A DNA stretch of 64,000 nt, from NCBI RefSeq assembly GCF_006345805.1, contig NC_043000.1, positions 20,894,001-20,958,000 on the forward strand, written 5' to 3'. The position numbers and the translations under genes were made by a program. The notes under the pieces were generated by a model. That model did no database searches. It worked only from the letters and a program-made list of their open reading frames with translations, and was not told the DNA's origin. This stretch comes from Octopus sinensis (Eukaryota). This document shows, in pieces, positions 60,233 through 64,000 of the stretch (position 1 is its first letter; every line of letters starts with the position of its first letter).

Positions 60233-60946
60233 GGATCTTTTCTGTTTGGCTGCCAAGATCTCAAAAGTCAAAGTTGATTGAAAATTTTAAAATTTGGTCT
60301 TCCAAGCTGAATTGCTGGAGTTATTTCACTTTTTCCAGGAAAATATTTTTGAAAAGTAACAGAGGTTTAAAGTTAGATCATTTTCATCCAGTCAGGAAAC
60401 AGCATTAGGAAGCTGTTATTTTGTGCAGCATCCTGAAAATAGCACTTGTACTTTTATATGAAAGTGTAAACAAATGAATTACGCACAATATAACTTTTGT
60501 TATTTTTTGGAATACCCTTTTGTTTCAGTCATTTGACTGTGGCCATGCTGGAGCACCACCTTTAGTCGAGCAAATCGACCCCAGGACTTATTCTTTGTAA
60601 GCCTACTACTTATTCTATCGGTCTCTTTAGCCGAACCGCTAAGTTACGGAGACGTAAACACACCAGCATCGGTTGTCAAGCGATATTAGGGGGGACACAC
60701 ACACATATATATATACATATACATATATACGACGGGCTTCTTTCAGTTTCCGTCTACCAAATCCACTCACAAGGCTTTGGTCAGCCCGAGACTATAGTAG
60801 AAGACACTTGCCCAAGGTGCCATGCAGTGGGACTGAACCCGGAAAATGATTTTCATGGCATTGATTAGCTTATAAAAGTGTATCATTACACTGAATATGA
60901 AATCAATTCAAACAGAAAATGACCTTGGCAGCCAAACGGAAAGACC
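60233..60946. mobile_element. Related Mutator-like TIR element containing a SINE A
   Basis: TIRs ggatcttttctgtttggctgccaag / cttggcagccaaacggaaagacc; 9-bp flanks acagagtag / ccaaagtag (7 of 9). Confidence 0.6.
60517..60843 (-). mobile_element. SINE family A, head truncated
   Basis: Reverse copy. Confidence 0.88.
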
Positions 60947-61059
60947 CCAAAGTAGTTCTAGATATACAAAAAGATACGATGTTGATAGTTAGAATGTTGT
61001 TGATCTTATGTCAGCTCAAACAGGGACAACCTGGGACTAAATGACAACCCGTCCATTCT

Positions 61060-61285
61060 CATCATCATCATCATCATCATTGTTTAACATCTGCTTTCCA
61101 TGCTGGCAGTTTAAGTGAGGACTGATAAGCCAAAATACTGCACCAGGCTCCAATCTGATTTGGCATGGTCTCTACACCAACCACTCCAAGAGTGTAGTGG
61201 GTGCTTTTTACGTGCCACCAACACAGGAGCCAGTCAGGTGGTACTGGCATCGATCACACTCGAATGGTGCTTTTTACATGCCACT
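61060..61285 (-). mobile_element. RTE LINE 3'-end fragment, diverged
   Basis: (cat)n tail and one unit. Confidence 0.75.
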
Positions 61286-61562
61286 ATATTTATTAATAAT
61301 TTTCTTAAAGTCTGCATGTGATGTTATTTGTTTTTTCCAAGAGTATGAGCAGCACAGGACAATTCCCATTCGTTCACTCAGGACATTCCTATACATCATC
61401 ATCATCATCATCGATTAACGTCCGCTTTCCATGCTAGCATGGGTTGGACGGTTCAACTGGGGTCTGGGGAGCCCGAAGGCTGCACCAGGCCAGTCAGATC
61501 TGGCAGTGTTTCTACAGCTGGATGCCCTTCCTAACGCCAACCACTCCGAGAGTGTAGTGGGT

Positions 61563-61835
61563 GATTTTATGTGCCACCGACACAGGTGCCAGACGAGGCT
61601 GGCAGACGGCCACGCTCGGATGGTGTTTTTATGTGCCACCGACACAGGAGCCAGACGAGGCTGGCAGACGGCCACGCTCGGATGGTGTTTTTATGTGCCA
61701 CCGACACAGGTGCCAGACGAGGCTGGCAGACGGCCTCGCTCGGACGGTGTTTGTTATGTGCCCACAGCACGGAGGCCAGTCGATGCGGTACTGGCTACGG
61801 TCCCGTTCGGATGGTTTTCTTATGTGCCACCGGCA
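61563..61835. repeat. ~62-bp minisatellite (5 units) in the RTE 3' UTR
   Basis: gtgccac starts at 61571, 61633, 61695, 61758, 61824. Confidence 0.9.
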
Positions 61836-62018
61836 CTGGTACCACAAGGATACAAATTCCATTGATGTTCATCTATTTTGATTTGGTTTGACTTGATTCG
61901 ATTTGACTTTGATTTTGATTTGACTTGCCTCAACAGGTCTTCACAAGTGTCACAAGCAGGAAGGTATGCACAGGCGGACTGACTACGCCCCAGGTAGGGG
62001 CCACGGGTTATGGCTTCA

Positions 62019-63991
62019 CTAGTCTTGCCGGGTCTTCTCACGCACAGCATACTTCCATAGGTCTCGGTCTCTGATCATTTCCATGGTGAGACCTAATGTT
62101 CGAAGGTCGTGCTTCACCACCTCGTCCCAGGTTTTCCTGGGTCTACCTCTTCCACGGGTTCCCTCAACTGCTAGGGATTGGCACTTTCTCACACACCTAT
62201 CTTCATCCATTCTCGCCACATGACCATACCATCGCAATCGTCTCTCTTGCACGCAACAACTGATGCTTCTTAGGTACAACATTTTCTTAGGGAACTAACA
62301 CTCTGTCGAGTAAGTACACTGACATTACACATCCATCGGAGCATACTGGCTTCATTCCTCATGAGCTTACGCATGTCCTCAGCAGTCACGGCCCATGTTT
62401 CACTGCCATGTAGCATGGCAGTTCGAACACATGCATCATACAGTCTGCCCTTTACTCTGAGCGAGAGGCCTTTAGTCACCAGCAGAGGTAAGAGCTCCCT
62501 AAACTTTGCCCAGGCTATTCTTATTCTAGCAGTTACACTCTCAGCGCACCCACCCCCACTACTGACTTGGTCACCTAGATAACGGAAGCTATCAACTACT
62601 TCTAATTTTTCCCCCTGGAAAGTGACGGAAGTTGTTTTCTGCAGATTTTTGGAGGTCAATGCTCCCGAGCATCTGCCACATATAAAGACTGTCTTCCCAG
62701 TTAGCCTACCTTTGACATTGCTGCACCTCTTATGTGTCCATAGCTTACACTGGGTACATCTTATAGAGTTTCTACCTACACCTTTTCTACAGATCGAGCA
62801 GGGCCATCTTCCTGAGGACATTTGTGGATTGCCTACCTTTCTACTTATTAGTACTTTGGTTTTAGCTAGGTTGACTCTAAGGCCCCTCGATTCTAAACCC
62901 TCCTTCCACACCTGGAACTTCTCCTCCAGTTCTGATAGTGACTCAGCAATTAGAGCGAGGTCGTCAGCATAGAGGAGCTCCCAGGGGCAACCTGTCTTGA
63001 ATTCCTCTGTTATTGCCTGGAGGACTATGATAAATAGGAGGGGGCTGAGTACTGAACCCTGGTGGACCCCAACCTCTACTTTGAATTCTTCTGTGTACAT
63101 GTTGCCAACCCTAACCTTGCTTACGGCATCTCTGTACATGGCTTGCACAGCCCTCACCAGCCATTCATCTATCCCTAGTTTCCTCATTGACCACCAGATG
63201 AGGGATCGGGGGACCCTATCAAAGGCTTTCTCCATGTCAACGAAAGCCAGGTACAGGGGCCTATCTTTGGCTAGGTATTTCTCCTGCAGCTGCCTTACCA
63301 GGAATATAGCATCAGTGGTGCTTTTCCCTGGCACAAACCCAAACTGCATCTCATCTAAACTAACTCTCTCTCTAATTAGTTGGACTATGACCCTCTCCAT
63401 AACCTTCATTACCTGATCCAACAGCTTGATACCTCTGTAATTATTTGTATCTAGGGCATCACCTTTACCTTTGTAGCAGTTGACTAGTACGCTGCTACAC
63501 CAGTCATTGGGTATGACTCCTTCGTGTATCACCTGATTAACTATACGGGTGACTAGGCTATAGCCGACACTGCCAGATATTTTGAGCATCTCTGCAGTAA
63601 TTCCTGATGGGCCTGGGGCTTTCCCTGTCTTCATGCTTCTAATTGCCTTAGCTACCACGGAACTATCAATTCGGATAGCTGGTCCCTCTGTTGGGTCAAC
63701 ATTCGGCAGACTCTCTTTATCCCATTCATTTTCTTTATTCAGCAACCTTTCATAGTGGCATCTCCAAACCTCTCTCTTTGCTTCCTCATTTAGCGCAAGT
63801 GAACCATCATCCATGCGAACACACTTCTCTCCTACCACATCACGATTCTCTCTCACACACTGTCTTGCAACACGAAATACCTCAAGTCTTTCATCCTCAC
63901 GGCGCAGAACATTGGCAAATTTTTTCTTATCCGCTTCCCCTCTGGCTAAATAAACCTGTCTCCTAGCTTCCCTTCTGGCTGTCTGATACAA
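62019..63991 (-). pseudogene. RTE ORF2 reverse transcriptase with PHD-like insert; 1-nt frameshift near 62285
   Basis: QFGFVPGKSTTDAIF, FVDMEKAFDRVP, GVHQGSVLSPLLF, YADD; C-terminus (RRLRWYGHVARM...GRGRPRKTW) continues in a second frame 62282-62019. Confidence 0.93.
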
Positions 63992-64000
63992 TTCCTGCTA

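Larger units (their letters stand above)
61394..64000 (-). mobile_element. Young RTE-clade LINE, 5' end outside the window
   Basis: RT ORF, ~620-bp 3' UTR with minisatellite, (GAT)n tail at 61394-61412. Confidence 0.95.

Noticed and set aside
62361-63966. Plus-strand ORFs 62361-62582, 62622-62972, 62997-63416, 63691-63966
   Set aside because: Antisense shadows of the RTE ORF with no independent coding signal.

Overview
Eukaryotic, AT-rich, repeat-dense genomic DNA. It is most likely from an octopus (coleoid cephalopod), inferred from the SINE, RTE and mariner complement. Two protein-coding genes lie tail-to-tail. (1) The 3' part of a reelin gene on the + strand: 11 coding exons, 8612-33963, about 788 aa, covering the end of one reelin repeat, two complete repeats with EGF modules and a short basic C-terminal tail. 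Its upstream exons are outside the window. (2) A complete KIN17 gene on the - strand: 10 coding exons, 56324-34811, 393 aa, with one GC-AG intron. The two stop codons are only 847 bp apart and the polyA signals suggest the 3' UTRs may overlap in antisense. All exon phases chain correctly. Introns and flanks are filled with tRNA-derived SINEs, about 25 RTE 3'-end fragments with hairpin-forming minisatellites, mariner relics (one holding a probable solo LTR), Helitron, piggyBac, hAT and Mutator-like non-autonomous elements. A near-intact RTE LINE with an internal PHD-like finger runs off the right edge. The most notable unexplained structures are a recent 594-bp inverted duplication bracketing an in-frame reelin exon and a nested ~1-kb foldback palindrome with telomeric hexamers upstream of KIN17. 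All alignments and counts were done by eye; repeat boundaries are approximate.
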